Positions 39,139 through 51,234 of a stretch of 64,000 nucleotides of DNA are shown here, one piece after another (within the stretch, counting starts at the first letter, position 1; the number at the start of each line of letters is the position of its first letter). Both the position numbers and the translations under genes were made by a program. Under the pieces are notes generated by a model. It was not told the origin of the DNA. It ran no database searches and saw only the letters and a list, made by a program, of their open reading frames with translations. Source of the stretch: Octopus bimaculoides (Eukaryota); contig NC_068995.1 in assembly GCF_001194135.2 (NCBI RefSeq), forward strand, positions 30,932,617 to 30,996,616, in the 5' to 3' direction.

Positions 39139-39289
39139 AACTTTTCTTCAATGCACGTAGCTCAAATGCCTTCAACTGGTGAATGTATTCCTCGGAATTG
39201 GAATGATGAAGAAGATAACAGAAAGAGACCAGAATATCCCAAACCTGACCTTGAACAAATGCTGCCTTATAAACCTCGACTTTTACCTC
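39139..39289 (+). CDS. CSTF3: CstF-77 exon 15/18 (NFSSMHVAQMPSTGECIPRNWNDEEDNRKRPEYPKPDLEQMLPYKPRLLP)
   Basis: tttgtag| ... C|gtaagt, 151 nt. Contains the conserved PEYPKPD motif. Confidence 0.93.
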
Positions 39290-39818
39290 GTAAGTTGATT
39301 AGGGAAATTGCAATTCCTTCTTTGAAAATTGTCTTTTTTTCCCCCTTTTTCCTTGCATGATTCTTCATTGAAATCCACAAAATTGTTTTGTTTCAATGAA
39401 TGTCTCTTGGTTGTTGCTGTTCAACTCCAAGTCACTTCTCAATTGAGTACATATAAAGATCTATTCCAGAACTTGTGCATTTTTCTTTTTTGTTTTCATA
39501 CATAAGTGTATCTATGACTATATTATCAAATGTGTTCTTATTTATGTGATGTGAGAAAATGGTTGCTATTTTTTAAGCTAGTTAAACGGCTATATGGAAA
39601 TTTTTCATTTATTTTTATTATTGTTATTGTATTGCCAAGTGAACTCAAATTGATGAGATCTATCACCGAGGCACAGAGAGAGGGTGTAGTGAAATGATAG
39701 ACTACTGAATACATTGTTGGTCTTAAGTTCAAATTTTGACCTAACTTTGGGCAGGGGATCTAATTTAGCTTAGGCTTCTTGGCCGTACAACAGCAACAAT
39801 AGTTTCCACTTCTATTAA

Positions 39819-40020
39819 CCCTTTAGCATTTAAACTGGCCATAACTGGCCCAAATATTCTACTTGTTTTATGTTCAAACTGGCCAGATTCGGCCTCTTAC
39901 ACTTACCCTACAATGTTATTCTAAAATTAAGCAGTCACATCATCAAAATCTTGAAGCTTTGAAATAATGCTTGATCAATTCAATATAATATGAATGAATA
40001 AGCATGAAAATGTTAAAGGG
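39819..40020. mobile_element. piggyBac-type MITE
   Basis: TTAA-CCCTTTAGCATT ... ATGTTAAAGGG-TTAG. Confidence 0.8.
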
Positions 40021-40244
40021 TTAGACTGTGGTTTAATTATTGGCTGTAGGAACAGCATCTAATTACTCCAGTGAACTTATAAATCACTGTAATGAACCTA
40101 CATACTATTTTGCTAACTGTGTCAGATGGTTGTTGACAGATTTCTGTCAAAAAAATTAAGAAAAAAATATATATGAAACCAAAAAGCAACAATAAAATTT
40201 TGCTGCTTTATGTTGACATTTAAAATGTTCTCTTTGTTCTTCAG

Positions 40245-40339
40245 CTTCAGGTGCTCATCCCATGCCAGGTGGAGTTTTCCCTCCACCACCAGCTGCTGCA
40301 CACCTCCTTACCTTGTTACCACCACCAAATTGTTTCCAT
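40245..40339 (+). CDS. CSTF3: CstF-77 exon 16/18 ([32 protein letters not shown])
   Basis: ttcttcag| ... CAT|gtaagt, 95 nt. A second in-frame AG lies 6 nt downstream. Confidence 0.93.
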
Positions 40340-40799
40340 GTAAGTTGTTGATGTTATTGTTCTTGTGATGTTCTTAATGATGTATTCACTGAAGCACTAA
40401 CCCTCACACTCAATAGCCATCAACTTTTACACCACTTGCAATAGAAAACAACTAAGATTATTGTCAATGAAGGCCAACTAAGATTACTCTGATGACGACG
40501 ATGACGGCAGTGATGCTGCTGCTGCTGTCATTATCATTATCCCCTTATTCATCACCCTTATAGCAAATGAAAAAATTATTACTATTATTTTAATGAATGC
40601 TTTCATTACACTTACCATTTTGTGTACTTTAGGTAGTTTGGTATGTGCAATGTTTTGTTTTTACCATACCAAAGATAGACTATGTGTTTTACACACACAC
40701 AGTGTCTAGCAGTGGTGTTATATAAGTAATGGGGTATTGTATGTAATATACGTATATACGTATAAATGCATACTTGCATGTATATATATATATATATAT

Positions 40800-41045
40800 A
40801 TATGGAAGCCAGTATGCTCCGTTGGATGTGTAATGTCAATGTGAATACCCGTCAGAGTGTAAGTATCTTGAGAGAAAAGCTGAACATTAGAAGCATCAGT
40901 TGTGGCGTGCAAGAGAGACGATTGCGCTGGTATGGACATGTGGTGAGANNNNNNNNNNTCCGGTTTCACCAGTCCTCAGTCAAATCGTCCAACCCATGCT
41001 AGCATGGAAAGCGGACGTTAAACGATGATGATGATGATGATGATA
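40800..41045 (+). mobile_element. RTE-like LINE 3' end, with an N gap between the ORF2 remnant and the (GAT)n tail
   Basis: MEASMLRWMCNV..SILREKLNIRSISCGVQERRLRWYGHVVR, then the gap, then a tail identical to that at 20934. Confidence 0.8.
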
Positions 41046-41805
41046 TATATATATATGATTTTATATATATATATACAACGATATATATATAATTTAAAAT
41101 TTAAAAATAGGATAAAATCTTTATAAGAATTTATCAAGTAGTCAGCATGAAAAATCTCATGAGGGAAAAATTTCTTAATTATTCCTTTTAAATATATTCA
41201 TTTATATTAAGGGCATTACTATACATAAATGCCTCACGGTATGAGGGACTCTTAAAGCCAAAACTACCATACTAAATACAGTGTACCGAATGTGAGGGAA
41301 ATGCAACTCTCGAATGGAGCTCCTTAAAAACAAATTCAGCTGCAGATCATATGATTTCATAATTAGTGCACAGAATGCACTTTTTAATCGTCAGTGCAGG
41401 CATAATCAAGACACATAAAAATGAACAAAAAATCAACATACCAGACAAACACCAAATGTATCCAGCATAGTACATAGAGTTGTTCACTTGTTTATATCTA
41501 TGTGGGAGGCAGGCTCTTACATGTCTGAAACTGTAAGGTGTAACTCAGACACTCAGCTATGAGTCCACCACATCTTATAGTGGAAACAACTGTAAGCTAA
41601 TGAAGTTCATAAAATGATTGTTTATTCCTTTGTCACCTCTTTTCTTATTACCACACTGCACTTGACTAACACTTTGTTCAGAGACGTATGTATATTGAGT
41701 TCTACACCAGGTTATTAGTATTGCAATGCCTAAGCAAAATATTAAAACACAATATATATATATATATATTTTATATATAAACATATAAATGTTTATATTT
41801 TTCAG

Positions 41806-41866
41806 GGTCCCTTTGTTATGATAGATCAGTTTATCAAACACATTACAAATGTCACTTTACCTGACG
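41806..41866 (+). CDS. CSTF3: CstF-77 exon 17/18 (GPFVMIDQFIKHITNVTLPD)
   Basis: ttttcag| ... G|gtaagt, 61 nt. Confidence 0.93.
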
Positions 41867-42754
41867 GTAAGTTCCATTATAATTCTTCATTTTTATACTT
41901 ATTTATCTTTTTTGCTTTATTTGTTTCTTATTAAATTATTTCTTTCTTTTCAACATTTCTACATTTTATTCTGTTGCATGGTTAGACCGTAATTATTGTA
42001 TTTCATTAATTATTGAGTAATTAGCAAGATTCAGCTCCCATCCAATTTCTTGGTTGAGTAGTTTAAAATATTTTGTTTTTATAAGTAAGCCTGAGAAGGT
42101 AATATGATGACAATGCCCTAGCATGGCTACAGTCCACTCAAAGAATAAATCAGTGGTTGATCGGTGGAATTTATCACCTTTGACATTTAGTTCCATTAGA
42201 CAATGTTTTCTTAACCCTCCTGTGCCCCTCTTTAATATGGTATAGTTCTGCAGTTCCAGGTTAGCGGTGAGTTGACCAAGTCTATGAGACACAGGAAATT
42301 GACCATAAAACCAGATGCTGCTCATAGATATGTGATGTCTCTCTCTGGTTGTGAGATAGCATCTGGTGTGACAGGATGGACGTGTTGTAACTCTCTCCCC
42401 ACTACCCACTCTATTTCTGTGGTAGTTTTTTTTTTGTTGTTTAGCCTTTGGTCAGTTCTGACTGAGCAGATCTATGACCAAAAGCATTTCAGACATAAAT
42501 CTCAGGCAGAGTCAGTGAGACAAAATATGTAACACAGCTAGACATTTGAATTTTTTTTTTGTTACTTGTTAGGTCCTGAAGAAGGGACAGTGCCTATGGT
42601 CTTTGCAGACCCTCCTAGACAGTGAGATTGATGGCATTAATGCTTCACTTGAACTTGTTTTAGTCAACACTTGAGGGGAAGACTTGAACAGGGAGAGGTT
42701 TCCTGAATGAATAGCTGGATGTAGTGATGAGTACAGTACTTAGAGGTGGCAGAC

Positions 42755-42825
42755 ACAACAAAGGGGATAAATTACAGGTACACAACAAAGGGAATAAATT
42801 ACAGGTACACAACAAAGGTGAATTA
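42755..42825. repeat. Tandem repeat, about 2.5 copies of 27 bp
   Basis: ACAACAAAGGG(G/A)ATAAATTACAGGTAC. Confidence 0.8.
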
Positions 42826-43019
42826 TAGTCCATCACACAGGCTTCCACACAGTTTCCATCCACTCAGTTTCACTCACGAAACTTTTGTCAACTTGAGGCT
42901 GCTACCATGCACTGGGACTGAACCATAGATCTAGTGATTGTAAAACAGGCTTCTTAACCACTCAGTCATGCCTGTTGTTTATTTTTGCTTTATGTTTTAG
43001 TATTTTTTTTTATGTCTTT

Positions 43020-43400
43020 TACTTTTTATTTGTTTCGGTCATTAGACTGTGGCCATTCTGGGGCACTGCCCTGAATTTTTAGTCGAAAAAATTGACCCCC
43101 CCCCACTTCTTGTTTTTCTTACTTAAAAGCATAGTACATATTTTATCAGTCCCTTTTGCTGGAGCTGCTAAGGTACGGAGACATAAACAGATCAACACAG
43201 TTGTCAAGGAGAGATGAGACAGACACATACACATACACACACATATACGATGGGCTTCTTTCAGTTTTCATCTGCCAAATCCACTCACAAGGCTTTGGTC
43301 GGCCTGAGGCTATAGTAGAAGACGCTTGCCCAAGGTGCCACACACTGGGTTGAACCTGGAAGCATGTGGTTGGGAAGTAAGCTTCTTACCACACAGCCAT
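43020..43400 (-). mobile_element. SINE family A
   Basis: Reverse complement of family A. Confidence 0.85.
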
Positions 43401-43429
43401 GCCTGCACCTAATGTTTATTTTATTTTTA

Positions 43430-43440
43430 TCATCATCATC

Positions 43441-43472
<32 letters not shown>

Positions 43473-43810
43473 CATCACCATCATATGTCTGTTGTCCATG
43501 CTGGCCTGGGTTGGATGGTTTTACCAGACCTGGTAAGCTGGAAGGCTGCACCAGACTCCAGTCTGATTTGGCATGGTTTTGCATGGCTGGATGCCCTTCC
43601 TAATGCCAACCACTCCGAGAATGTAATGGGTGCTTTTATGTACCACTGGCATGGATGGCATTTGCGTGACACCAGTGTCTGCCATAACTGCGATTTTACT
43701 TGACTTGATAGGTCTTCTTCTCAAGCATGACATAATGTCAAAGGTCTTGGTCATTTGTCATTGCCTCCTTGAGGCCCAACACTTGAAAGGAGCTTTTCAT
43801 GTGCCACTGG
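43430..43810 (-). mobile_element. (GAT)n-tailed retroposon, older copy
   Basis: (CAT)n followed by ..GGATGCCCTTCCTAATGCCAACCACTCC..GGGTGCTTTTATGTACCAC. Confidence 0.75.
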
Positions 43811-43882
43811 TTTTGGCTACTTTACTTCCTTTCCTTTTTATTTTTATATTTAAAAAATTTTTTTTTATGTTTATCTTTGCAG

Positions 43883-44088
43883 AACCTGTTGTTATAGAAA
43901 ATGGAATGGAATCTTCCAAGATTGACCCTGGAACCTTAATATCAATAGAGATTGCTACAGGTGTGAGGAAACGCAAAGCAGAAATAACCACAGAGGTTGG
44001 GGAAGAAAGTGATGAAGAAAATTCTGAGATGTTGGAACCCCCACTTCATGACATTTATCGCAGTCGACAGCAGAAACGAGTTAAATGA
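43883..44088 (+). CDS. CSTF3: CstF-77 terminal exon 18/18 (EPVVIENGME..PPLHDIYRSRQQKRVK*)
   Basis: tttgcag|, ending at TGA 44086-44088. Matches the conserved C-terminus PPVHDIYRARQQKRIR. The 18 exons sum to 1935 nt with no internal stop. Confidence 0.96.
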
Positions 44089-44571
44089 GAACCTCCCTCC
44101 TGCTAGCCATCACTTCATCTCTTGTAAACTTTATTGGCAACTTGCTAAATTCTATCTCATTATTGCTGGCAACTCACATGCTCACTTCACCCTCATTAAC
44201 AACTCACGTCATTTCCAGCTTAGCCTTTTCTAAACATTTCCTAAAACTCCATCTAATTTACACATATATGCATGTGTGGTGTGTGTAATATATATATGTA
44301 TATACACATATATGTATGTATGTATAATTTGTAGCCAACATTTTGTCAACATTTAATGTCATTTTCGATCCATTTCTGTCTTATCATCTCTGTTGACCCC
44401 ACTTTTTTTTTTGGTTCTCCTCAAATTAATCTGGGATCAGTTTTGTTCAGCTTCATCTCCATCTTGTTTTTGATGCACATTGTTCGCCTCAATCACTGTT
44501 TCTCATCCTCATTGACAACTGTCACTCTTGTCTAATTTACAAACACACCAGGTCATCTAACACTGTCGTTG

Positions 44572-44608
<37 letters not shown>

Positions 44609-44804
44609 TTGATATTTTGGCCAGCCACATCAAACCTTACTGGTTTATTTTTTTTATATTACTGTAAAGAAAATAAAAAAAAACAACAAACAAAACACAA
44701 ATTCAATATCTCCATTGTGGTCAAACCTGCTTCCTCTGGGATCTTAGTAGTTTTTTTTTCAACACATACATACATACACACATGTGTATGTGTGTACGTG
44801 TACC

Positions 44805-44835
<31 letters not shown>

Positions 44836-46679
44836 ATTATTGTCACTTGAAAAGAGGATGCTAGAACTGAATTTTTTGTGAAGTTAAACATACTACCTCT
44901 TTAGGATGACTGAATTTGACCACTGCTGCTGTGTGTCTGTGTGTATGTGCGTGTGTGTGCATGTATGAAATAAACATGGGCTACTGTGATCAGTGACCTT
45001 GGATGGATTGTTTCATTGTTGATGTTGTTGCACATTAGACACCAATAAAAAAAATAAAAACCTCCATACCTTTTCCTTATTTGTCTACCCCCACTTCTCA
45101 AATCTCCACCTCACCCCAAAAACAATTACAAAGAAATTTTTTTTCTGCTTGCTAGCATTTAAACAGTACGATCTTCCAAAGATCATTATTGAGTGCATGG
45201 GTGGGGGGAGGGATAAAAAGTGATGGATTGGTCACTGAACTGGAATTAGAATGTCTTGCATTATTTTAGTTTTGTCCCTTCTTAGATTCTGCTGGAGGAA
45301 GACAAGGGAATCAGTTTTCCTTTCACTCACCCCTTCTATGGCTTGATACAATACCAGTTATGTATTCGGATTTATTGAGTTGTGGTGTGTGTGTGTGTGT
45401 ACATACATATATATGTGTGTGTGTGTATATATATATGCCTCTACATAGATATATCCTCTAGGTACAATAATTGACTTTGTGCCTCCTCAGATGTATTCCT
45501 TATTAAATATTCAGTTCACTTTTCTTAAACTCACCCCCTCCTCTCTATTTCTTTTAAGCCAACACTACTGACATTATTAAAGTTTATTGTTTATATTTTT
45601 TTATATTTCATCTGTATTAATTCTTCCTTTTTGATGTGTAAATCAAGACATTATCTATAAGAGGTTTGTGATATAGTTGACAGAGACAGTGAAACAATGG
45701 AACAAATATATCTGACAGTATTTCTGTGTCCTCCACTTTCGCTGAGAAATCTTTTGGGCTCAACTTTGCTTGTCATCACAGATTTGCAGTGGAATTTGCT
45801 CCACATCAGTCAACTCTACCCACAGTATTTTACAAATTTTTGGTATCCTCTGCCAAGCTTCTATGGTAACATCCTTAAAGGAAACAACAATAGATTTTTT
45901 TTCAATTTCTGCATCTTCCCAACTCAGTTAGTCGTTAATTTTATTCATCTCACTTGAAGAAATCTCTGAGAAATTTTAATGAAATAGAAAGATTGATTCT
46001 TCCCCTTTCCCTACCACCATTAATTAATATATTAATTAATAACAACTCCGTTACCTTAAATTAAATGTAAAATCCTCCCATCTACCTGTCCACTTGGCAC
46101 TAAATTGATTTTCTCCTTTTTCTTTTGTATAAGGAAATTGTTTCAACAAAATGAATTTATTTTGTTTTCTTTTTACTTTAAATAGTTCCAAATTGGAATC
46201 ATATCTCTTTTTTTACTAATGCTCTTAGAAACCTCATGAGCATCACAACATCCCAGAATTGCTACAACATTGTAAAAATGACCTTGTGATATTTCTTTCA
46301 GTTCTTTACATTCTGGATTCATTTCCAGCTTACGTCAACTTTGCCTTTCATCCTTTCAGGATTGACAAAGTAAAGTACCAGTCATAAAGTACTAAGGTTG
46401 ATAGTATCAACGAAATCCCCTTCCCTCAAAATCACTGGCCTTGTGCCTGAATCTGAAATTGTTATTATTATTATTATTANNNNNNNNNNGGGGAAAAAAT
46501 GCCTTGCAAATATTTCTTCTAATTCGTTATATTCTAAGTTCAAATCCTGCCAAGGTCAACTTTGCCTTTCATCCTTTCAGGATTGACAAAGTAAAGTACC
46601 AGTCATAAAGTACTAAGGTTGATAGTATCAACGAAATCCCCTTCCCTCAAAATCACTGGCCTTGTGCCTGAATCTGAAA

Positions 46680-46711
<32 letters not shown>

Positions 46712-47259
46712 TAATGGCATTCTGTTTGGTGCTCTAATGGCTGCCAATTTGCGGTCTTTTACTACTACTACTTACAATGCTTCAGTCTATTATGAACAAA
46801 AGTCTGCTAGTCACACCCTCCATAGGGAGAAAGAATAAAATATTTAGTTGATGTTGAGGTGGGGATGACCATCAGTCTCATGTGTTAAGTTTATGACCTG
46901 TGACCTTTGTGACCCTTTTAGAAATAAGTGTTCTTGTTTGTAATAATTTCTTATTAAATTCTATATTTTTTTAAGGGGCAGGGAGGTGTTTTTCATAAGC
47001 TTTAAATGAGATCTCCCCCACCCCAATTAACTGTGGTTAGCTCCATTATTTTAATGTCTGTTATACTTATTTAAAATCCAAACAGAGCAATATTTCTTTA
47101 TTTTAACAAGTTCATTGTCTGGCTGACCTATCCACTTGTTCTTTTTTTTTACATTTTATAAATTGTCCATATGTAAATATTCATGGTTTCATTGTAATTT
47201 TGAAGGGAAAAAAATCAACAGATTATAAAAAAAGTTCTGCTGGTTTAACATTCTGATGG

Positions 47260-47325
47260 AATAAAAGAATAAAACATTAAAAAAAAATGGATGATATTTG
47301 GTAGTTGTGTTTTTGTTTTGTGTTA
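47260..47325 (+). promoter_or_regulatory. Candidate distal CSTF3 poly(A) site
   Basis: Two AATAAA hexamers (47260, 47268) followed about 30 nt later by GU/U-rich TTGGTAGTTGTGTTTTTGTTTTGTGTT. Confidence 0.4.
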
Positions 47326-47335
47326 CATTATTTAA

Positions 47336-47549
47336 CCCCTTAGTATTTAAAGAGGCCACATTTGGCCCAAATGTCCTGTTTTACATTCAAAAAGGCAAGA
47401 GCCAGCCTCCCACACATCCTACATTGTTATTCAAGAAATACATAATCACATTATCAAAGTCTCAAATTTATGATATAATGCATGATTTATTCAAAACTAT
47501 GCAAATAAATAAACATTACATTTGACAAAGTAATTTGAATGCTAAGGGG
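47336..47549. mobile_element. piggyBac-type MITE
   Basis: TTAA-CCCCTTAGTATT ... AATGCTAAGGGG-TTAA. Confidence 0.85.
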
Positions 47550-48319
47550 TTAAAAATCATATTTTTATGATTTCAGAACTATTTATGACTGGTATACTTT
47601 GCATAATTAAAAATCAAAAGGATTTAAAGGGAAATAACCCTTTGTCAACTGATCAGGCAGGTGTGGTTAGACACAACAAATGAAGTCTAATAGACTGAAA
47701 CATGTTCATAGTTGTTCCCCTTGCCTGTGTCCTGCACTTGTAAACTTACTTGTAGTGATATATTTTTGATTTTCAGAATGTATAACTCATTGTCTTTCAG
47801 AGTTATTAACAATTGCTGCTAGGTCTTTATCCTGTTTCTCCAATTGGAAATTTAACTTAAAAATTCATTGCATACAACATTTGGTACATTACTTATACAA
47901 GTTGATGTCCATGGCCCATTTGAGTTGCTTCCCTCAGCTAATTTTATATTTTTCATATTCAATATTCTTGTTATCTTGGCCTCATTGAATCTCTTCATTG
48001 TTGACAGGTCACCTGGATCAGTATTGGCTTTGGGCTAAACAATCACAGCATTTCTTTTTCTTTCTTCCATTGGTAAGGTCATTACCACCCCCACTTTGTT
48101 GCCTCTGCTTCTGATATTTATAGATTGTTTAGTGGTGCTATGTAAATGAACCAATGTATACATTCATGTGTATATGTGTACTCATGTGTATGCATGTATA
48201 AAATAGGTGCAGATGTGGCTGTGAAGCTTGCTTCCTGACATGATTTTGGGTTCAACCCCACCTGAAGGGCCAATTGAAGCCTTATGAGTGGATTTGGTAG
48301 ATAAACTGTCATATATATA

Positions 48320-48640
48320 TATCGAGTAAGGACTCCCTTTGGTCATGGATGACCATGGGATTGCACCTAGAAAGTTCCCCTCCAAGACACAAGTCTGGGC
48401 AAGGTTGTTTATGGAAGACCAGCAGTTGGCTATACATACCAGTTTCCTCACTCTGTGTCACCAATGTTATCCAAAGGCAAAGGCTGATACTGCTTGGCAC
48501 CAGTGACATTGCAACTCATTTTTACACCTGAGTGAACTGGAGCAACATGCTCCAGTTCTTGCTCAAGAATACAACACAGCCTGGTCTGAGAATCAAACCC
48601 ACTACCTCATGATTGTGAGCCCAATGCTCTAATCACTGAT
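48320..48640 (-). mobile_element. SINE family D-like element
   Basis: The reverse strand has a tRNA-like head, TTAGAGCATTGGGCTCACAATCATGAGG..GTTTGATTCTC..TTCTTGAGCAAG. Confidence 0.6.
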
Positions 48641-49804
48641 TGGATTTACTGGATTTCAACTGCATAGAACTCTACGTATTGTTTTACTATGTGGTATGTA
48701 ACTGGGTCCACTAAAAGACCCTATTTTTGATTACCACTAGATTATATAAATCCAAATATTGTACATTAAAATTATATATACTATCAGAAAGATTGCCCTC
48801 TGGACGGTTTTCTGCTAACCCTTTGATAATATTTTCACATTTGATTCCCAATTCTAATAATTTTTATATTTTTCATCTAATTATTTTTTGTATAATAGAG
48901 CTCACTTACTTAGTATTACTTTCATTATGTTATCACAGTCATAATATCTGTTTTTAAACATCATGGTAGTCCAACAACAGAGGGAGAAGCCGTTTGTAAA
49001 ATTTTACCTTCCCCNNNNNNNNNNNNNNNNNNNNNNNNNNNNNNNNNNNNNNNNNNNNNNNNNNNNNNNNNNNNNNNNNNNNNNNNNNNNNNNNNNNNNN
49101 NNNNNNNNNNNNNNNNNNNNNNNNNNNNNNNNNNNNNNNNNNNNNNNNNNNNNNNNNNNNNNNNNNNNNNNNNNNNNNNNNNNNNNNNNNNNNNNNNNNN
49201 NNNNNNNNNNNNNNNNNNNNNNNNNNNNNNNNNNNNNNNNNNNNNNNNNNNNNNNNNNNNNNNNNNNNNNNNNNNNNNNNNNNNNNNNNNNNNNNNNNNN
49301 NNNNNNNNNNNNNNNNNNNNNNNNNNNNNNNNNNNNNNNNNNNNNNNNNNNNNNNNNNNNNNNNNNNNNNNNNNNNNNNNNNNNNNNNNNNNNNNNNNNN
49401 NNNNNNNNNNNNNNNNNNNNNNNNNNNNNNNNNNNNNNNNNNNNNNNNNNNNNNNNNNNNNNNNNNNNNNNNNNNNNNNNNNNNNNNNNNNNNNNNNNNN
49501 NNNNNNNNNNNNNNNNNNNNNNNNNNNNNNNNNNAGGGGTGGGGGCATCTTTATATGAAAAAAGTTTTGTAAACTCTTTTTTACACCCCTCCCTCATTGT
49601 CCCACTCTTGACCTGTTTTGGCCAATATTTTTTTGCACTTTAAAACCATGGGAAGAGCATTTTCAGTCAAAAATTGTTAATATTTTCAGCGGTAAAGGTG
49701 ATTTAAGGGAAATTTGGCTGTTGTTTCTAGCATATCCAAAGACAACCCTCCTCGTTTTTTTTTATCACTCTTGCATGTATTGATGTTTTTCAAGATTTTT
49801 CCCC

Positions 49805-49921
49805 ATATAAATGGCAAAGGAACAGGAAATTTATGTAATGAACTTCATTAGCTTACAGCTGTTTCTGCTATAAAGCTGATGAAGTTCCATTACGTAATTT
49901 CTTGTTCCCTTGTCATTTATA
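49805..49921. repeat. Hairpin/inverted repeat with arms of about 48 bp and a loop of about 18 nt
   Basis: ATATAAATGGCAAAGGAACAGGAAATTTATGTAATGAACTTCATTAGCTT pairs with AAGCTGATGAAGTTCCATTACGTAATTTCTTGTTCCCTTGTCATTTATA. Confidence 0.85.
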
Positions 49922-50793
49922 CCATCTCTTGTGTGTGTGAGTCTTATTTTGACATTGTCTGACAGTTGCAAATGAGTGTCATCATCATGCAAGCAGTTTC
50001 ATTCATTTGCAATATTTTGTGAAAAAACATTTAGCCATGGGGAAATATTACCTTGCATGGAAACAGGTGAGGATTGGCAACAGATCTGGCTGTAGATTTT
50101 ATGGCCTCTGTAAACTCTAATTCATGCAAGCATGGAAAAGTGGACATAAATACAATGATGATATAATGAAAGTAAATTACATCAATGTTGATAAAACACA
50201 TTTACAATTAATGTTCTAAGATTTGTTCCCCTTTAATTCTTGATGGACTTGTCCACAGAGCTATAAATTCAGAGTGCTAGGTTTAGGAACTACAGAAGGT
50301 TACCATAAGTTCTGTGGAAGAGGTTACTTTTTGTAAACTTTTAAGTAAAACCTTGCAAGAATTTGTAGTCTTTTCATATTCAATGATTCAGCAACGACGT
50401 TCCAGTCATGACCAGTTCATCTGTTTTTAAAACTACGTTTTCCACTGTGTTTTTAGAGTTTTTATGTGAGGGAAATTTGGTTACTTTTTCAACAAAATCG
50501 GATGGCCAGTTCCCAAATCCACGATGTTAGACCTACACATCACTAAAAATTTCATCTTCAGCTGGTATATCTTGATCACATTCATGGAAACTCACCCCTC
50601 TCTGTTTTCTACAAAAAGTGAGTTAACAAATCACTCAATTTTACAATGCTACCTCATGGTACATATATACAAGTGAGCTATTTAAGAATGAAATATCTTG
50701 GTCCTGGACAAATTGCAGTTCTACTGAGAAATAACAGTGAACTTTTGTTTTACAATCAATTATTAGATACTGAATATAAATTAGAAATCTTAA

Positions 50794-50969
50794 CCCTTTA
50801 GCATTCAGAGTATTGTCAAAAGTAATACTTATTCATTCACATTTTGATGGGGTAACTTAATTTTTAGAATGATATTGTAGGGTTGGTGTGAGAGGCCAGA
50901 TCTGGCCAGTTTGAACATAAAGCAAGTAGAATATTTTGGCTGGATACAGCCAGTTTAAATGCTAAAGAG
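50794..50969. mobile_element. piggyBac-type MITE
   Basis: TTAA-CCCTTTAGCATTC ... AATGCTAAAGAG. Confidence 0.75.
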
Positions 50970-51234
50970 TGAAAATAGCAATTTATCTTGAAAAATAATG
51001 CAGCTGGAATAAGAATTTCATGTCAAAGAAAGAATCAGAAACAACCAAAAAAGAATTTCAACAAAGAATAACAAATGAAAAAATATAGTCTTTAGATTTT
51101 TGTGATTTTGTTTCCAGAGATATTTATACAATGTGTCTGATATAAAAATATAGGAATGGAACAACAACAACAAAGAGAACAGGAATATTTCTGTACAGTT
51201 TCCTTCACATCTTGGCAGCTTTATAGGAATATTA

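Noticed and set aside
43630-44088. 152-aa ORF as a standalone gene
   Set aside because: Only the part from 43883 is the CSTF3 terminal exon. The upstream part is repeat and intron read-through.
46330-46710. Apparent exact tandem duplication of about 150 nt of a family B SINE
   Set aside because: The two identical copies flank a 10-N gap and both end in (ATT)n. This is most likely overlapping contig ends, i.e. an assembly artefact.
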